64,000 nt of DNA from Crocinitomicaceae bacterium (GTDB lineage Bacteria > Bacteroidota > Bacteroidia > Flavobacteriales_D > Crocinitomicaceae), in the NCBI GenBank assembly GCA_044339115.1, contig JBIIWA010000015.1, positions 4,818 through 68,817 of the forward strand, written 5' to 3'. The notes under the pieces are model-generated. The model saw only the letters and a list, made by a program, of their open reading frames with translations. It had not been told where the DNA came from and did no database searches. Positions 1 to 10,193 of this stretch are shown here, piece by piece; the first letter of the stretch is position 1, and the number at the start of each line of letters is the position of its first letter. The position numbers were made by a program, and so were the translations under genes.

Positions 1-750
1 GTTGTTTCTGGAACAGATTTTCATCGACCAAAAGGTCAAATTAAGCCGAATGATGATGAAGACCCAATCTTTGGTGCTTCACGTCAGGTTGATTTTGAAC
101 TGGAAATGGGATTTATTACGTATGATGGCGTTCCTTTAGGTGACTCTATTTCTGTGGATGAAGCTGAAAATTATATTTTCGGAATGTGCCTCTTTAATGA
201 TTGGTCTGCAAGAGATATTCAGAAATGGGAATATGTTCCTCTTGGTCCGTTTTTAGGCAAAAACTTTGCCTCTTCTATGTCTGCTTGGATTGTCACGATG
301 GAAGCGCTTCAGCCTTTTAAAGTTGATGGTCCCGCTCAAGATCCGAAGGTATTATCATATCTTCAATATCAAGAGTCCTCCTCTTATGATATTCGATTAC
401 AAGTTGCAATAGCAACAGAAAATGGTGCGGAAACGGTTGTTTCTAATTCAAATTTTAAATACATGTATTGGAATATGGCACAGCAATTAGCCCACCATTC
501 GGTAAATGGATGTAATGTAAGAAGAGGAGATTTGATGGGTTCTGGAACTATTTCTGGACCAACTCTAGATTCATATGGTTCTATGCTAGAACTTGCCTGG
601 AAAGGCACAAAACCTCTTGTTATGCACGATGGAACAGAACGAAAATTTATTTTGGATAACGATACAGTAATTATGCGTGGTTATTGTCAAAACGAAAAGT
701 ACCGAATTGGCTTTGGACAAGTTATAGGAAAGGTGCTCCCTGCAAAATAA
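1..750 (+). CDS. fahA: fumarylacetoacetase, C-terminal part (5' end lies outside the window)
   Basis: Frame 1 is open from nt 1 (VVSGTDFHRPKGQIKP...) into the listed ORF 106-750. FGMCLFNDWSARDIQKWEYVPLGPFLGKNF and the C-terminal GFGQVIGKVLPA are typical of fumarylacetoacetase. Confidence 0.85.
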   Translation, partial: VVSGTDFHRPKGQIKPNDDEDPIFGASRQVDFELEMGFITYDGVPLGDSISVDEAENYIFGMCLFNDWSARDIQKWEYVPLGPFLGKNFASSMSAWIVTMEALQPFKVDGPAQDPKVLSYLQYQESSSYDIRLQVAIATENGAETVVSNSNFKYMYWNMAQQLAHHSVNGCNVRRGDLMGSGTISGPTLDSYGSMLELAWKGTKPLVMHDGTERKFILDNDTVIMRGYCQNEKYRIGFGQVIGKVLPAK

Positions 751-2984
751 TGGAAAAAATAATCCCTCTTTACGATGTTGAAAAGGAAAGAAAGGAAATT
801 CTTAATGCTTTCCGTGGATTGTTGCGTGCTGTAAAAGATAGAAGTAAAGAAGATACACGCTTAATAAGAAAGGCTTTTGATCTTGCTTTAGAAGCTCATA
901 AGGATGTTCGTAGAAAATCAGGTGAGCCTTATATTTATCATCCAATTGCGGTAGCTAGAATTTGTGCAGAAGAAATGGGCTTGGATTCTCCTGCAATTTT
1001 ATGTGCTTTGTTACACGATACGGTCGAAGACACCTACATTACCCTTGAAGATATTGAGGATATGTTTGGCGCAAAGTCCCGAAGGATCATTAATGGCTTA
1101 ACAAAAATACCTGAAATATTTGATGAAAACTCTTCGATACAAGCGGAGAATTTTAGAAAGATGATCTTAACCATTTCGGATGATTTTCGTGTTGTATTGA
1201 TAAAATTAGCCGATCGTTTGCATAATATGCGAACACTAGGAAGTATGGCGCCTGAAAAGCAGTTGAAAATTGCTTCAGAAACTAAATTTCTATATGCTCC
1301 ATTAGCGCATCGATTTGGATTGTATTCAGTTAAAACAGAGTTGGAGGATTTATCTCTAAAATATTGTGAGCCTGAAATTTATGCTCAAATTGAAACAAAT
1401 CTAAAAAGCACTCAAGATGTCAGAGCTCGATTTATTCGTCGTTTTATGTCGCCAATTAGAGAAAATCTATTGCATGAAGGATATGTTTTTGAAATTAAAG
1501 CACGTACCAAGTCAATTTCTTCTATCTGGCGTAAAATGCAATCTAAAGAAATTGCATTCGAAGAAGTTTTTGATGTTTTTGCCATTCGAATTATTCTTGA
1601 AACTCCATTGGAATTAGAGAAACAAGATTGTTGGAGAATTTATAGTATCGTAACTGATTATTATCAACCTAGTCCTGAACGCTTGCGCGATTGGATTTCG
1701 ACTCCAAGAGCCAACGGCTATGAATCATTACATACCACTGTTATGTCGCCTCAAGGTCGTTGGGTAGAGGTTCAAATCCGCTCTAAAAGAATGGATGAAA
1801 TTGCCGAAAAAGGTTTGGCAGCGCATTATAAGTATAAGGAATCCAAATCGGATGAAAGTAAATTTGATCGTTGGATTTCTGAGGTGAGAGATTTACTTGA
1901 AAATAATGATTCCAATGCTCTAGATTTTATCAATGAATTTAAATTAAATTTATTTAACGATGAGATTTATATATTCACCCCAAAAGGTGAATTGAGGGTC
2001 CTGCCTTTTGGAGCTACTATTTTAGATTTTGCTTATGATATTCATACAGATATTGGTGATAAATGTATTGGTGCGAAAGTAAATAATCGCTTAATGCCTT
2101 TAAGTTATCAATTAAAAAATGGTGATCAATTGGAGATTATAACTTCAGCAAAACAAAAACCTCATGAAGATTGGTTGAAATTCGTTGTATCTGCTAGAGC
2201 AAAACAAAAAATTAAAGCTTCTCTTAATGAGGAAATAAAAATAATAGCTCAAGATGGTAAGGAAATATTAGATCGGAAATTTAAACAGTTTAATGTTAAA
2301 ATGCTCTCTGAAAATATAACTTTCCTAGAAAAACATTTTGGCCTACCAAGCGCGACTGAATTGTATTTCCGCATCGCAAAAGGAAAAATTGAAGTCTCAA
2401 AATTGAGGGAGTTGGATGTGATTAATGGTCTTTTTGTATCTAAAAAAGAGCAAGGGGTGAAACCAAAAGCTCATGATGCAGCATCAATAAATTCTCATGG
2501 AATTGATATTAAAAAGGATACTATTATCATTGGAGATGACTTTAAAGGTTTCGATTATCAGCTTTCAAAATGTTGCAATCCTATCCCTGGTGATAAGGTT
2601 TTTGGTTTTATAACCATAAGTCAAGGGATAAAGATTCATAGGACAAACTGTCCTAATTCTGTTCAATTGATGTCTAAGTTTGCTTATAGATGTCTAAAAG
2701 CACAATGGAAGTCACAACAGTTAGTAGAGCGTATTGCTGCCATAAAAATTGTTGGAATTGATGGTATTGGTTTGGTAAATAAGTTAACTGATATTATTTC
2801 GAAAGAAAATAATATTAATATGAAAAGTATTTCTTTTGATACGAATGACGGCGTCTTCGAAGGTCATATCAAAGTATTGGTTCTTGATACCAATCATCTG
2901 GAGAAATTGACCCAGAAATTTGAAGAGGTTGAAGGGGTGCAAAAGGTGATTCGTTGGGATACTGAAGATGAGATAGTCCTCTAA
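750..2984 (+). CDS. bifunctional (p)ppGpp synthetase/hydrolase, RelA/SpoT (RSH) family
   Basis: HD hydrolase motif LLHDTVEDT; synthetase region FAIRIIL...GYESLHTTV; TGS-like IYIFTPKGELRVLP; ACT-like C-terminus. The ATG at 750 overlaps the fahA TAA (748-750), so the 684 start in the ORF track is probably an artefact. Confidence 0.9.
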   Translation: MEKIIPLYDVEKERKEILNAFRGLLRAVKDRSKEDTRLIRKAFDLALEAHKDVRRKSGEPYIYHPIAVARICAEEMGLDSPAILCALLHDTVEDTYITLEDIEDMFGAKSRRIINGLTKIPEIFDENSSIQAENFRKMILTISDDFRVVLIKLADRLHNMRTLGSMAPEKQLKIASETKFLYAPLAHRFGLYSVKTELEDLSLKYCEPEIYAQIETNLKSTQDVRARFIRRFMSPIRENLLHEGYVFEIKARTKSISSIWRKMQSKEIAFEEVFDVFAIRIILETPLELEKQDCWRIYSIVTDYYQPSPERLRDWISTPRANGYESLHTTVMSPQGRWVEVQIRSKRMDEIAEKGLAAHYKYKESKSDESKFDRWISEVRDLLENNDSNALDFINEFKLNLFNDEIYIFTPKGELRVLPFGATILDFAYDIHTDIGDKCIGAKVNNRLMPLSYQLKNGDQLEIITSAKQKPHEDWLKFVVSARAKQKIKASLNEEIKIIAQDGKEILDRKFKQFNVKMLSENITFLEKHFGLPSATELYFRIAKGKIEVSKLRELDVINGLFVSKKEQGVKPKAHDAASINSHGIDIKKDTIIIGDDFKGFDYQLSKCCNPIPGDKVFGFITISQGIKIHRTNCPNSVQLMSKFAYRCLKAQWKSQQLVERIAAIKIVGIDGIGLVNKLTDIISKENNINMKSISFDTNDGVFEGHIKVLVLDTNHLEKLTQKFEEVEGVQKVIRWDTEDEIVL

Positions 2985-4529
2985 TTAATTATTTTTTTGG
3001 ATCATCGATTGCGGACTCTTTGGACGTAGGGCATATTTCCACGAAAATCCTTGAATAAATCGTTCTTCTTCTTTGATTTGGTCCATTGGATAGAATATTC
3101 CGTCAGGTTCATCAAAATAAGTTACTCCTACTATTTCTCCACTGTCCAAATAAAGTCTTAAATCTGAAGCATACAAGCGATTTAATCCCATTCGTTTTTT
3201 AATGAACAAACTATCATTCTTTTCTTCTTGGATGGGATAAAAAATAGTCCATGCATTTCCTTGTATATCAGCTCTCTTCATTTCGTTGTTACTGAAATTG
3301 GAAACGATTTTTCTGCCGCTCAATTGGTTGTAGTATTTCCCCGAATCTATCTCCATAAGAGCAGAAGCATTTCCTAATACGAAAGCACTTGTTAAAACAC
3401 TGTCTTTAATGAATGCAAGGATGGTATCTCCTTTTAATTGGGTATTCTTAGCCCAAATCACAGGGTCATAAAACAAACTTAATTTTCCGTTGGGATAATC
3501 ATAATAGGCAGAATCTGATAAACATTGAATATCTTCTGAGAATATTCGAACATGATGATTTCCCTTTAAAGCATTGGTGTTACCAAGGGAATCATCGTAC
3601 AGGGACAAGGTGTCAGCATGCAGGAATAAGCTGTCACCTTTATTCAATTGAATCGCCAGTGCATGTCCTGTAATATAGGTGATTTTTTTTCCTTGATTGC
3701 TGTGAAATACATCACTGCGCAGATAAAGTTCTTTTTCTTTCTCTCTAGCATTTACATGCCCACGGGCGGTAAAAACCTCAGGTTTTGCTTTGTAAAAAGC
3801 GGTGTCGCAAAAAATCTCCCTTTGTTTTTGGAGAATACTTACCCTTTGCATTAATTTTCCTTCTTCGGTTTTTACATTGTACCAACCTCTATCACATTTA
3901 ATGGTAATACTGTCGTTTTTTATGACGGTCGGACCGAAAAATTGAGTGATTTGTTTTTCATAAGCAAATTGCAAAGTATCTGTGGTCATTGTTAAATCAT
4001 TTTTTCTGTATTTAACCTTACCGCTAAAGAAAAAACTTCCAATATTTGGATAAAAATACCCGTATTTACTTGTTATCATCTCGTTAGAAACGATACTTTC
4101 AATTTTCCCATTATTTCTATAAGTCGCTCTTCCAGATTTGGCATCGTAATCTAGAGAATCTGAAGCTAATTTGTACTCATTGTCTCTAATTCGAACATGT
4201 CCCCACAGTTTAGCAAATTTATTATTTCCATTGTAGCGAAGAGAATCGCAGAATAAATTGATATCGTTTTTCTTGATTTGAACATTGCCATAGGCATGCA
4301 CTATTTTCTTCTGTTCTTGGTAATGAGCCGAATCACAATACATGGTGTTACCTTGATAGGTAAAGTTTACGGTGCCAATGAGTCTGTGTATCCCGTCCTT
4401 TTTATTGAAGATAATTTTCTCAGTACCTGGTAATAATTGTAAGGCGTTATTTTGTGCAAAAAGCAAAAGCTTCAAAAAAAATGCGCCCAATAAAAGCGCA
4501 TATTTAAATTTATTTTGAAGCAACATCAT
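2985..4529 (-). CDS. OstA-like (LptA/LptD N-terminal-like) repeat protein with signal peptide
   Basis: Hydrophobic N-terminus. Repeated xDSxxY units (CDSAHYQEQ, CDSLRYNG, SDSLDYDAKSG, CDTAFYKAK, SDSAYYDY) are typical of Bacteroidota OstA-like proteins. Confidence 0.6.
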   Translation of the reverse strand: MMLLQNKFKYALLLGAFFLKLLLFAQNNALQLLPGTEKIIFNKKDGIHRLIGTVNFTYQGNTMYCDSAHYQEQKKIVHAYGNVQIKKNDINLFCDSLRYNGNNKFAKLWGHVRIRDNEYKLASDSLDYDAKSGRATYRNNGKIESIVSNEMITSKYGYFYPNIGSFFFSGKVKYRKNDLTMTTDTLQFAYEKQITQFFGPTVIKNDSITIKCDRGWYNVKTEEGKLMQRVSILQKQREIFCDTAFYKAKPEVFTARGHVNAREKEKELYLRSDVFHSNQGKKITYITGHALAIQLNKGDSLFLHADTLSLYDDSLGNTNALKGNHHVRIFSEDIQCLSDSAYYDYPNGKLSLFYDPVIWAKNTQLKGDTILAFIKDSVLTSAFVLGNASALMEIDSGKYYNQLSGRKIVSNFSNNEMKRADIQGNAWTIFYPIQEEKNDSLFIKKRMGLNRLYASDLRLYLDSGEIVGVTYFDEPDGIFYPMDQIKEEERFIQGFSWKYALRPKSPQSMIQKNN

Positions 4530-5798
4530 TTACTTTAATAAGGTTTGTTCACGATCTGGGCCAACGGAAACCACATTAATTGGAACATTAAGTTCTTTTT
4601 CTAAATAAGTAACATAATCCTTAAGTTCTTTTGGAGCATTTGCATATGATCTCAATTCAGTTAGATCCGTTTTCCATCCTGGTAAAGAGAGATATACAGG
4701 TTCAATTTCTAAATCATTAACATCAAATGGAAAATCAAGTACTTTTTCTCCATTGATAATATAGTGGGTACACACTTTAATTTCATCGAAAATACTCAAA
4801 ATGTCAGCCTTCATCATACTTAATTCAGTTACACCATTAATCATAATAGCATAACGCATCTGCACTAAATCAATCCATCCACATCTTCTCGGGCGTCCTG
4901 TTGTAGCTCCAAACTCACGACCTTCTCTCCGAATCTCTTCCCCAACTTCATCTAATAATTCTGTTGGAAAAGGACCGCTTCCAACACGCGTGCAATAAGC
5001 TTTGAAAATACCAATTACATCTCCAATCTTGTTAGGAGCTATACCTAATCCTGTACAAGTTCCTGCAGTTACAGTATTCGAAGAGGTAACAAATGGGTAA
5101 GTTCCAAAATCAATATCAAGCATAGTGCCTTGAGCACCTTCTGCAAGTATTTTTTTTCCAGCCAATAAAGCTTGGTTTAAAAAATGTTCGCTGTCCACAG
5201 CTTTTAATGTTTTAAGGACTTCCAATCCTTCCATCCAATCTTTCTCAAGCGACTTTAAATCATAAGAAAAATCATCATAATGACGAAGAATTCCTAAGTG
5301 CTTGTCAATTAAAGCATCGTATTTCTCCTTAAAATTTGGAGAGAAAATATCACCAACTCTTAAACCATTTCTGCCAGTTTTGTCCATATAGGTTGGACCA
5401 ATTCCTTTTAAAGTAGATCCGATTTTATTCTTCCCCTTTGATGTTTCAGAGGCAGCGTCTAACAATTTATGGGTTGGTAAAATTAAATGTGCCTTTTTGG
5501 ATATAAAAAGTCTTTCTTGAAAATTAATATTAAAAGGTGCTAATTTGTCCATTTCTCCTTTGAAAATGACAGGGTCAATAACAACTCCATTACCTACTAA
5601 ATTGAGTACTTCAGGTCTGAATATTCCGGATGGAATAGTATGTAATACATGCTTTATCCCCTCAAATTCTAAAGTATGTCCCGCATTGGGGCCACCTTGA
5701 AATCTAGCGATTATATTGTATTTTGGTGTCAATACATCTACTACTTTACCTTTTCCTTCGTCACCCCATTGTAAGCCTAATAATACGTCTACTTTCAT
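4530..5798 (-). CDS. purA: adenylosuccinate synthase
   Basis: N-terminal QWGDEGKGKVVD P-loop, GPNAGHT, and TTGRPRRCGW near the C-terminus; full length of 422 aa. Confidence 0.95.
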   Translation of the reverse strand: MKVDVLLGLQWGDEGKGKVVDVLTPKYNIIARFQGGPNAGHTLEFEGIKHVLHTIPSGIFRPEVLNLVGNGVVIDPVIFKGEMDKLAPFNINFQERLFISKKAHLILPTHKLLDAASETSKGKNKIGSTLKGIGPTYMDKTGRNGLRVGDIFSPNFKEKYDALIDKHLGILRHYDDFSYDLKSLEKDWMEGLEVLKTLKAVDSEHFLNQALLAGKKILAEGAQGTMLDIDFGTYPFVTSSNTVTAGTCTGLGIAPNKIGDVIGIFKAYCTRVGSGPFPTELLDEVGEEIRREGREFGATTGRPRRCGWIDLVQMRYAIMINGVTELSMMKADILSIFDEIKVCTHYIINGEKVLDFPFDVNDLEIEPVYLSLPGWKTDLTELRSYANAPKELKDYVTYLEKELNVPINVVSVGPDREQTLLK

Positions 5799-5803
5799 TG
5801 ATT

Positions 5804-6133
5804 TTAATTAAAATGATTTATTGCGTTTTCTTTTGAAGTATATATGCTAAATACCTCATGCATTTTTGTGATTTCAAATAATTTTGAAAGTCCTGTATTC
5901 GGATTTAGAATTACTAAATCTCCGCCATTGATGCGTGCTCTTGTTAAAATTTTAACCATAAAAGCGATTCCACTTGAATTCGTATGGGTAAGCTCAGTTA
6001 AGTCAAATACTATATTCCAATTCCTGATCGAATCCAAGGCAACCAACATGGGGGAAATATCCTCGTCAGATAGGATTTTACCACTCATAGAAAGATAGGT
6101 CACTTTTTCTGCTTTGAGATTGAATTCAATCAT
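5804..6133 (-). CDS. STAS-domain protein (anti-sigma-factor-antagonist-like)
   Basis: 109 aa. [17 protein letters not shown]...[29 protein letters not shown] matches the SpoIIAA/STAS pattern. Confidence 0.7.
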   Translation of the reverse strand: MIEFNLKAEKVTYLSMSGKILSDEDISPMLVALDSIRNWNIVFDLTELTHTNSSGIAFMVKILTRARINGGDLVILNPNTGLSKLFEITKMHEVFSIYTSKENAINHFN

Positions 6134-6609
6134 TTTTTTGCTTTTTTTATACCGTAGAAATAGAGAGAGTGATGCTGAATTTCAACATCAAATAGAGATT
6201 CAATTGTTGCTTTAATTTGTTGGATCCTTGGGTCGCAGAATTCCATTACCTCACCAGTATCGGTTATAATGACATGATCATGTTGCTTAGATCCATGTGA
6301 TTTTTCAAACTGAGCAATGTTCTTTCCAAATTGATGTTTGGTGACTAAATTACACGCCAGTAATAAATCTATTGTGTTGTATAAGGTAGCACGAGACACA
6401 CGGTAGTTGTGATTTTTCATCTTAACATACAAGGCCTCAACATCAAAATGTCCGGTGTATTCATAGATTTCAGAAAGTATAGCGAATCTTTCAGGTGTCT
6501 TGCGGTGACCATTTTGCTCTAAATAAGCACTAAAAATTCCCAATACAGTTTCTTGTAAATCCAAAGTAATTCGTTTGAAATCATGACAAATGTAACTATT
6601 TCTTTCCAT
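6130..6609 (-). CDS. fur: Fur-family transcriptional regulator
   Basis: [13 protein letters not shown]...[13 protein letters not shown] winged helix, followed by the metal-site region [23 protein letters not shown]. Confidence 0.8.
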   Translation of the reverse strand: MERNSYICHDFKRITLDLQETVLGIFSAYLEQNGHRKTPERFAILSEIYEYTGHFDVEALYVKMKNHNYRVSRATLYNTIDLLLACNLVTKHQFGKNIAQFEKSHGSKQHDHVIITDTGEVMEFCDPRIQQIKATIESLFDVEIQHHSLYFYGIKKAKK

Positions 6610-6710
6610 CTAATAACTTAAGAAATAATTGATTTATCAAGGTTTAATTAACAAATAAATGAACAATAATTTCATAGAGGAAATTCTATAAAAGATACTT
6701 AAATTTGCAA

Positions 6711-7460
6711 ATGCTTAATGGGAAAAAAATATGCATTGTACTTCCAGCATACAATGCTTCAGAGACGCTCGAAATGACCTACAATGAAATCCCTTTCGAT
6801 ATTGTGGATGAAGTGGTATTGGTTGACGATGCTAGTAAGGACCAAACAACAGAGCTTGGTAGGAAATTAGGAATCAAACACTTAATTCGTCATGAGGAAA
6901 ATCGAGGCTATGGCGGAAATCAGAAGTCTTGTTATCACAAAGCCTTAGAACTCGATGCTGATATAATTGTCATGCTGCATCCAGATTATCAATATACTCC
7001 CAAACTTATTCACTCGATTGTTGGTGTAATTGCATATGATGTATATCCTGTTGTACTCGGTTCAAGAATTCTTGGTAAAGGAGCGTTAAAAGGCGGAATG
7101 CCTTATTATAAGTATGTCGCCAATCGTTTCCTGACTCTAGGTCAAAATATATTAATGAGTCAAAAATTATCTGAATATCATACAGGATACCGAGCTTTTT
7201 CGAAAGACGTTTTTGATTCTATCGATATCGAATTAAATTCTGATGATTTTATTTTTGACAATCAAATGATTGCTCAATTGTTCTATGCTGGATACGAAAT
7301 CGGTGAAGTTACTTGTCCGACTAAATATTTTGAAGAAGCGTCCTCTATCAATTTTAGTCGCTCCGTTAAATATGGATTCGGTGTAATTGGTGTTTCAATC
7401 GCTTACCGCTTAGCGAAATGGGGGATTTTCAAAAATATAATTTTTAAACTAAAAAAATAA
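6711..7460 (+). CDS. family 2 glycosyltransferase
   Basis: ICIVLPAYNASETL...VVLVDDASKDQT...HPDYQY are GT-A/GT2 motifs. ATG at 6711 is preferred over the TTG at 6705 used by the ORF track. Confidence 0.8.
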   Translation: MLNGKKICIVLPAYNASETLEMTYNEIPFDIVDEVVLVDDASKDQTTELGRKLGIKHLIRHEENRGYGGNQKSCYHKALELDADIIVMLHPDYQYTPKLIHSIVGVIAYDVYPVVLGSRILGKGALKGGMPYYKYVANRFLTLGQNILMSQKLSEYHTGYRAFSKDVFDSIDIELNSDDFIFDNQMIAQLFYAGYEIGEVTCPTKYFEEASSINFSRSVKYGFGVIGVSIAYRLAKWGIFKNIIFKLKK

Positions 7461-7469
7461 TTCTAAGCA

Positions 7470-9152
7470 ATGGCTGACGATAAAAAAGTAATATTTTCAA
7501 TGGTAGGAGTCTCTAAGGCAACACCTCAAGGAAAACAAATTATTAAAAACATTTATCTTTCTTTCTTTTACGGTGCTAAAATTGGCATTATTGGTTTGAA
7601 TGGTTCTGGAAAGTCTACGGTAATGAAAATTATTGCAGGATTGGATCAAGCTTATCAAGGTGATGTGGTTTTTTCACCTGGATATTCTGTAGGTTATTTG
7701 CCGCAAGAACCTGAATTGGATTTAAATAAAACTGTGAAGGAAATAGTTTTAGAAGGAGCTAAAGAAATTGTAGATGTTCTTCAAGAATATGAGGAGATTA
7801 ATGCAGGTTTCATGGATGAGGATGTACTCAATGATCCTGATAAAATGGATAAACTCATTGCTCGTCAAGGTGAAGTTCAAGATAAAATTGATGCACTCGA
7901 TGCATGGGAATTAGATAATAAATTGGAGCGAGCCATGGATGCCTTGCGTTGTCCTCCAGATGATCAAATTATTGGAACGCTTTCTGGAGGTGAAAAAAGA
8001 AGGGTGGCCCTTTGTCGTCTTTTACTTCAAAATCCAGATATTTTATTACTTGATGAACCTACCAATCACCTGGATGCTGAATCAATTGATTGGTTAGAGC
8101 AACATTTACAACAATATCAAGGAACTGTCATTGCCGTTACGCACGACCGTTATTTCTTGGATAATGTGGCTGGTTGGATCTTGGAATTAGATAGGGGTGA
8201 AGGTATTCCTTGGAAAGGTAATTATACTTCTTGGTTAGAACAAAAGTCAGCTAGATTAAAAGATGAAGAGAAATCAGAGTCGAAACGTCAAAAAATGTTG
8301 CTTCGCGAGTTAGATTGGGTGCGCATGAATCCAAAAGCTAGACAAGCGAAAAGTAAAGCCAGACTACAGAATTATGAAAAAATGTTGTCCGAGGATTCTA
8401 AAGAAAAAGAAGCTTTATTGGAAATGCCTATTCCTAATGGTCCACGACTCGGGAATAATGTGATCGATGCGGAACATGTTTCAAAATCGTTTGGAGATAA
8501 ATTACTTTATGATGACTTGAATTTTAAGTTACCACCTGCTGGAATAGTTGGTGTTATTGGTCCAAATGGAGCTGGAAAAACTACTATTTTCAAAATGATT
8601 ATGGAAGAACTTCAAGCTGATGCTGGGACTTTTAATGTCGGTGAAACAGTTAAAATTGGTTATGTCGATCAAACGCACAAAGACATTCATGAATCAAAAA
8701 CTGTTTTTGATGTAGTTTCCAATGGAATGGAATATGTTGAAATTGGGAATCAGAAAATTAATGCAAGAGCGTATTTGTCAAAGTTTAATTTTAATGGTTC
8801 TGACCAAAATAAAAAAGTAGGAATTTTGTCTGGAGGTGAACGAAATCGTTTGCATTTAGCCATGACTTTGAAAACTGAAGCCAATGTTTTGTTGCTGGAT
8901 GAACCGACCAATGATATCGATGTCAATACGCTTAGAGCATTAGAAGAGGGTATTCAAAATTTTGCTGGTTGCGCTGTTGTAATTTCTCACGATAGATGGT
9001 TCTTGGATAGAATTTGTACGCATATTCTTGCATTTGAAGGCGATTCTCAAGTATATTGGTTCGAAGGTTCGTATTCGGAATATGAGGAAAATAGAAAGAA
9101 AAGATTAGGTGATGCTGGTCCGAAAAGAATTAAATATCGAAAAATTGTTTAA
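7470..9152 (+). CDS. ettA: ABC-F ATPase, energy-dependent translational throttle protein EttA
   Basis: Two ABC cassettes (GLNGSGKST/LSGGEKRR/LLLDEPTNHLD and GPNGAGKTT/LSGGERNR/LLLDEPTNDID), no TM domain, and the typical EttA N-terminus MADDKKVIFSM. Confidence 0.9.
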   Translation: MADDKKVIFSMVGVSKATPQGKQIIKNIYLSFFYGAKIGIIGLNGSGKSTVMKIIAGLDQAYQGDVVFSPGYSVGYLPQEPELDLNKTVKEIVLEGAKEIVDVLQEYEEINAGFMDEDVLNDPDKMDKLIARQGEVQDKIDALDAWELDNKLERAMDALRCPPDDQIIGTLSGGEKRRVALCRLLLQNPDILLLDEPTNHLDAESIDWLEQHLQQYQGTVIAVTHDRYFLDNVAGWILELDRGEGIPWKGNYTSWLEQKSARLKDEEKSESKRQKMLLRELDWVRMNPKARQAKSKARLQNYEKMLSEDSKEKEALLEMPIPNGPRLGNNVIDAEHVSKSFGDKLLYDDLNFKLPPAGIVGVIGPNGAGKTTIFKMIMEELQADAGTFNVGETVKIGYVDQTHKDIHESKTVFDVVSNGMEYVEIGNQKINARAYLSKFNFNGSDQNKKVGILSGGERNRLHLAMTLKTEANVLLLDEPTNDIDVNTLRALEEGIQNFAGCAVVISHDRWFLDRICTHILAFEGDSQVYWFEGSYSEYEENRKKRLGDAGPKRIKYRKIV

Positions 9153-10193
9153 CTAAACGATTTGCTTTTTCTTTTTGAATTGCTTGATTATAATTTTTAT
9201 CGATAACGGAAGTTGAAGATATAGGTCTAAAAGTAAGGGCCTGTAGCAATAAGCTAAAAATTTTGGTATTATATTTTCTGATTTTAGACCTGAAATTCCT
9301 TGAGTTTCATACCCTAACTTATTCATGATAATATTTTGTTTTTGAGTGAGTTGTATGTTTTTACTTGAACCAGAATTCTTCTTATTTATCTCTGGATCTA
9401 AGGTCTTTTTTAATCCACTGTGAAACTGATTTAATTTTTCTAAATATTTCGAATCTAATCTTGATTTTCTTTGTTGTATCAGTTGATCAAAAACACCCTC
9501 TGTTGCCAACATTTTATCATCATAGGTAAAACCAATAAAGTTGGAAATTTCTTTTAATATTGTTTCTGGATGGGATAAAAGTTCCTCAAAGGATATGATA
9601 ATTCTTTTCGATTCAGAAATCTCAAGTGCTCTTGAATAAGCGCCTTCCCAAATAGCAGCTAGATAACTAGGGTCTTGATTCCAATTTAATTTCCTTTTCT
9701 GCTTTGCTTTAATATTGTCCTGAATATTCCTGCTTAAAATTATGAATTTGGCTTCAGGGAAAATCGAAATGATTTGATCTAAGTGATATACATATTTAAT
9801 CTGTTTGTCAATAATAAATTTAATGGAACTTTTGTCTTTTACCTCTGCATCATAAAAGGATAAATAGCAAAGTTTGATCAGTCGAGAATAGTTTAATTGG
9901 TCTTTATGTTCCTTCAAAAGTTGCTCGAATGCAGTCCGGTCTTCGAAGTATAAATCGAAATTCCGGTCAAATAGTAAATAAAATTCTTTGACAAATTCTT
10001 CCAAATCTTGATCGTTCCATTGGGTCTTATTCTTGTACTTTTTATAAAAATAAAGTGCGAACTGCTCTTCACTAGGGGAGATTACTTCTTGGTTTAAATT
10101 GAGCATCAAGCTCAGCATAGAACTTCCAGTTCGTTCTGTACAGAGCACGAAATGAATTTGTATTGCATCTAGTTGATCACTTGTCCAAGTCAT
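9153..10193 (-). CDS. sulfotransferase-family protein
   Basis: N-terminal PAPS-binding-like loop TERTGSSMLSLML and RNIQDN... region; paralogous architecture to the next gene. Confidence 0.6.
   Translation of the reverse strand: MTWTSDQLDAIQIHFVLCTERTGSSMLSLMLNLNQEVISPSEEQFALYFYKKYKNKTQWNDQDLEEFVKEFYLLFDRNFDLYFEDRTAFEQLLKEHKDQLNYSRLIKLCYLSFYDAEVKDKSSIKFIIDKQIKYVYHLDQIISIFPEAKFIILSRNIQDNIKAKQKRKLNWNQDPSYLAAIWEGAYSRALEISESKRIIISFEELLSHPETILKEISNFIGFTYDDKMLATEGVFDQLIQQRKSRLDSKYLEKLNQFHSGLKKTLDPEINKKNSGSSKNIQLTQKQNIIMNKLGYETQGISGLKSENIIPKFLAYCYRPLLLDLYLQLPLSIKIIIKQFKKKKQIV

Noticed and set aside
684-749. N-terminal extension of the RSH ORF (MSKRKVPNWLWTSYRKGAPCKI) given by the ORF track
   Set aside because: It lies entirely inside the fahA coding region in another frame. 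The ATG at 750 overlapping the fahA stop gives a normal RSH N-terminus.
6625-6639. Fur-box-like ATAATTGATTTATCA upstream of fur
   Set aside because: It gives only a partial match to the 19-bp Fur consensus, is a poor palindrome, and cannot be distinguished from the AT-rich background without a position weight matrix.
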